Part shown: one piece after another, positions 23,378 to 25,834 of the stretch
Layout: each line of letters starts with the position of its first letter
How positions within the stretch are numbered: position 1 is the stretch's first letter
Assembly (NCBI GenBank): GCA_963693365.1
Contig: CAVNZM010000055.1
Location: 1 to 25,834 of the forward strand
Origin: Amoebidium appalachense
Lineage: Eukaryota; Protista; Ichthyosporea
DNA length: 25,834 nt
Direction of reading: 5' to 3'
Program-made: the position numbers and the translations under genes
The notes under the pieces: generated by a model
The model's database searches: none
What the model saw: only the letters and a program-made list of their open reading frames with translations
What the model was told of the DNA's origin: nothing

Positions 23378-24997
23378 GGGGGGGGGGGGGCTGGAAGGCT
23401 GAAATGTGTGTGTTTTTGCAGCGGAGGGGGGGGGGGGGGGGGGGGGGGGGCAGCAGCGGGAGTCGGCGTTGAAGGGGGTGCGGGGGGGGGGGGGGGGGAG
23501 GGGGGGGGGGGGGGAGAGAGATTCCTACCTTCAGGCAGAGGTGCTTGGCTTGCCATGTATTCCTCAATTAGCTTCTTGGCCTTTTTCGTGAACTGCTTCT
23601 TTGTTGTGAATAGGTCTTTGCCGCTGGCCACCACAACAGTCGTAGATAGGAATGCAATGTGGCCATCCATATCGTTTCTTGTTGCAAGACGGAACTTGGA
23701 ATCGAGAGTCATTGTATTGTCGCTGGTTATAAACCAATTGATTCTCATCATGCCGGTCTGGGGAAAGTACTTGAGGACCTGCAGGGTATGCAGGGTATGT
23801 GTTAACGGTGTGAATGTGCGTGTATACTGGGAAGCAATACATGAGCCTGTAAAATGCCCCCGACATTGTTGTTGTGCTGTGCTTAAACTTCATAGTTGTG
23901 CAGCCATGTATACAGGTGAACTGTTGCAAAACATTCTCTGTGCACGTGATGCACATGTATTGTGTGCGGCAAGAAATCTGTTACAGGAGGGGGATGGCAT
24001 TTTGGAAACACTAAAAATAGTACAACAAGTGTGTGTGTGTGTTGGGGAGGGGGTTGGGGGGGGGGGGGTGGGGGGGGGGGGAGACTGGTGTTCCATCGTG
24101 TGTGTTGTGGTTTAGGAGGAGGGTTTTGAGGGGTGCCTTAACATTTGGGTTGGGGGGGGGGGGGGGGGGGAGGGGAGGGGGGAGGGGGGAGGGGGGCAAG
24201 TGTAAGTTTACAGAGTTCTATACATATATTTGTCTTATCTTTTCGGTTTTTACAAGCTTTTGGTTGCTGGATTTCTTGTGCTAATTAGAAATTGGGTCAA
24301 CCAATTTGTGTGCTGGTTGTGTGTATGTGTCTGTCAGGAGGAGGAGGAGGAGGAGGGGCAGAAGGAGAGGGGGGGAGTGGGGGGGGGGAGGGGGGGGGGG
24401 GGGGGGGGGGGGGGCGCTTGGGGTGCGGGGGAAGTGGGGCAGAAACTGGTGTTCCGTCGTGTGTGTTGTGTTTAAGGGTGAGGGTTTGAGGGGTGCTAAC
24501 ACTGGGGGGGGGGGGGGGGGGAGGTGAGGGGGGGCCGGGGGGGGGGGGGGGGGATGAGTCTAAGTTAACAAAATTCTATATATATTTGTCTTATCTGCTC
24601 ATTTTTCTTTCCCAATTATTTGCACGTTTTGGGTTTCTGGATTTCTTTTTATGAATTCGAGATTGGGCCAACCAATCTAGTGTGTGCTGTGTGTATGACT
24701 GTGTGTGTCAGGAGGATGAGGCAGGGAGGAGGATGTTGGGGGGAGGGGGGGTAGGGGGGGTGGGGGGGGTAGGTGGGAACATGCCTTGGCTGGTTCTGGG
24801 TACTTTTCTGGGTTGTAGTTTCCTATGGGCTCTTTTATCCGGCACAAAATCAGATCTCCCTTTTGGGGGTTGTTGTACGGTGCTGTATTCTTGTTGTACT
24901 CCTTTGCCGCTCGTTGAGCAGGGGTGAGATATTTACCACAGTGTGGTGTTTTTACACTGCACCACTGTGTCTCTGCTTTCCCGACATAGTCAGAATA
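19740..24997 (-). CDS. Probable spliced gene or pseudogene: Tudor/PWWP-like domain followed by an acidic disordered tail
   Basis: Candidate exons 24785-24997 (GC donor), 23529-23778, 22586-22651, 21044-21100, about 20318-20612 and about 19740-20000. Phases 0/1/1/1 match at the first four junctions. Joined [14 protein letters not shown]...YPEPAK|[16 protein letters not shown]. The Glu-rich exon has an apparent frameshift near 20475; the last exon boundaries are unresolved. Confidence 0.5.
20714..23280. repeat. Compound tandem segmental duplication
   Basis: GAGGCAAAAC...GAGTAGACC...CTTTTGGTGTCA at about 20714, 21731 and 22238; GAGTAGCCAAAnAAAGCAATTCGAA x5. Interleaved with poly-G and (GT)n. 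Confidence 0.92.
24030..24730. repeat. Diverged tandem duplication, about 360-bp period
   Basis: ACTGGTGTTCCnTCGTGTGTGTTGTG, TATATTTGTCTTATCT and GTCAGGAGGA each occur twice in the same order. Confidence 0.8.
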
Positions 24998-25087
24998 CTT
25001 ATAAGATTTTACAGGTTATGCTGCCCTTTTGCACGCTCTCTATACACACATCACCACCGCGATCGCTCACCAGCGCGCTAGTCCGCC

Positions 25088-25663
25088 ATGGATCCCAACA
25101 AGTCCGGCGTAAACAAAATCACCATGTGGAAGGGTGAAGGCAAGACCGGCCCTGACCACAAGACCACCTACTTCCAATGGGAAATCATTTTCCTCGGCAT
25201 GATGACCGGCACCAAAGGTGCCCTACTTGTGGATGTTGTTCTCGCTGACAACTACGTTCCACCCAACACCGCCGCCATTGATGGTGTGCTTCCCTTCTAC
25301 GGTTACGCTACTGCGGCTGAACTCAAAGACGCCCGCAACTGCTTACTTCTCCACATGATCCAGAACATCGACCCGTCTGTCCTCACCACCGTCGCCCAGT
25401 ACCGTATCGGCATGGACTCTGAACGGGCCATGTGGAAGTTCCGACAACACTACCTCCAAGGCAAACCCGACCAGGTCCGTCTCCTCCGTCGCGAGTGGGA
25501 TGCCTGCTCCCTCAAGTCCCGTGATACATTCACTGACTACCTCCAGTGTCTCCAAACCATCGTCACCCAGCTTCAGTCCCTGCAAGATGACTCAGTTACC
25601 TTCACCCATCTGGCAGAGAAGTTCTTTAATGAACTTTGTAAACAGTTGGACTATTTAGGATAA
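25088..25663 (+). pseudogene. gag: Ty1/copia-type gag N-terminal region, truncated near 25636
   Basis: TYFQWEIIFLGMM...AMWKFRQHY...LLRREWDACSLKSRDTFTDYLQCLQTIVTQLQSLQ fits the copia gag helical pattern. Upstream ACA|GGTTATGCTGCCC (25011-25026) resembles a copia LTR end plus internal tRNA-Met-type PBS. No zinc knuckle reached. Confidence 0.75.
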
Positions 25664-25834
25664 GGCAGAGTACAACTGAATCAAAATAAAGACAGAGAAC
25701 GGGTAGAAAGGCACACGCGGCCAGGTTGCTTTTACTATGGGCCGACTCAGTCTGTCTCAGACTTCACTGATGTGATCCCCGTACTGGGACGGCTTTCTTA
25801 TATAGCCCCCAGGTTTCGGATCAAGGCCCAGGAT
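25637..25834 (-). mobile_element. Probable 3' end of another LTR inserted into the copia gag
   Basis: Coding-like composition is lost abruptly at TGTAAAC (minus-strand ...TTTACA end); minus-strand CTATATAAG near 25797-25805. Runs off the window. Confidence 0.4.

Overview
Eukaryotic, intron-rich and microsatellite-rich genomic DNA; the organism cannot be named from sequence, and most ORF-track entries are low-complexity noise. (1) 189-12707 (+): the 3' part of a large gene. I spliced 19 GT-AG exons by hand with consistent phases (about 1,500 aa in window; the start is upstream). It encodes a mosaic extracellular protein: PA14-like, an Ig-like LTFTPxNW module, RTRR site, VWD (GDPH), Cys-rich/EGF repeats, SdrD-B/Cna-B-like, Thr-rich linkers and an unassigned C-terminal domain. 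Most introns carry private tandem or inverted duplications, and two contain arrays of AG|GT junctions. (2) About 13050-13733: possible non-autonomous Helitron. (3) 13907 to at least 18023 (-): a decayed, internally deleted Ty3/gypsy element with LTRs, a duplicated tRNA-Ala PBS, gag with CCHC knuckle, protease and truncated RT. Its protease is split by a 543-bp tRNA-headed SINE-like insert with an 11-bp TSD and an (AAACCCT)n tail. (4) 19059-19269: four 21-22-bp palindromic repeats with 38-44-bp spacers. (5) About 19740-24997 (-): a probable spliced gene or pseudogene with a Tudor/PWWP-like motif, duplicated acidic micro-exons and a Glu-rich tail. (6) 25011-end: a Ty1/copia gag fragment apparently interrupted by another LTR. 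All calls come from manual reading; no database searches were run.
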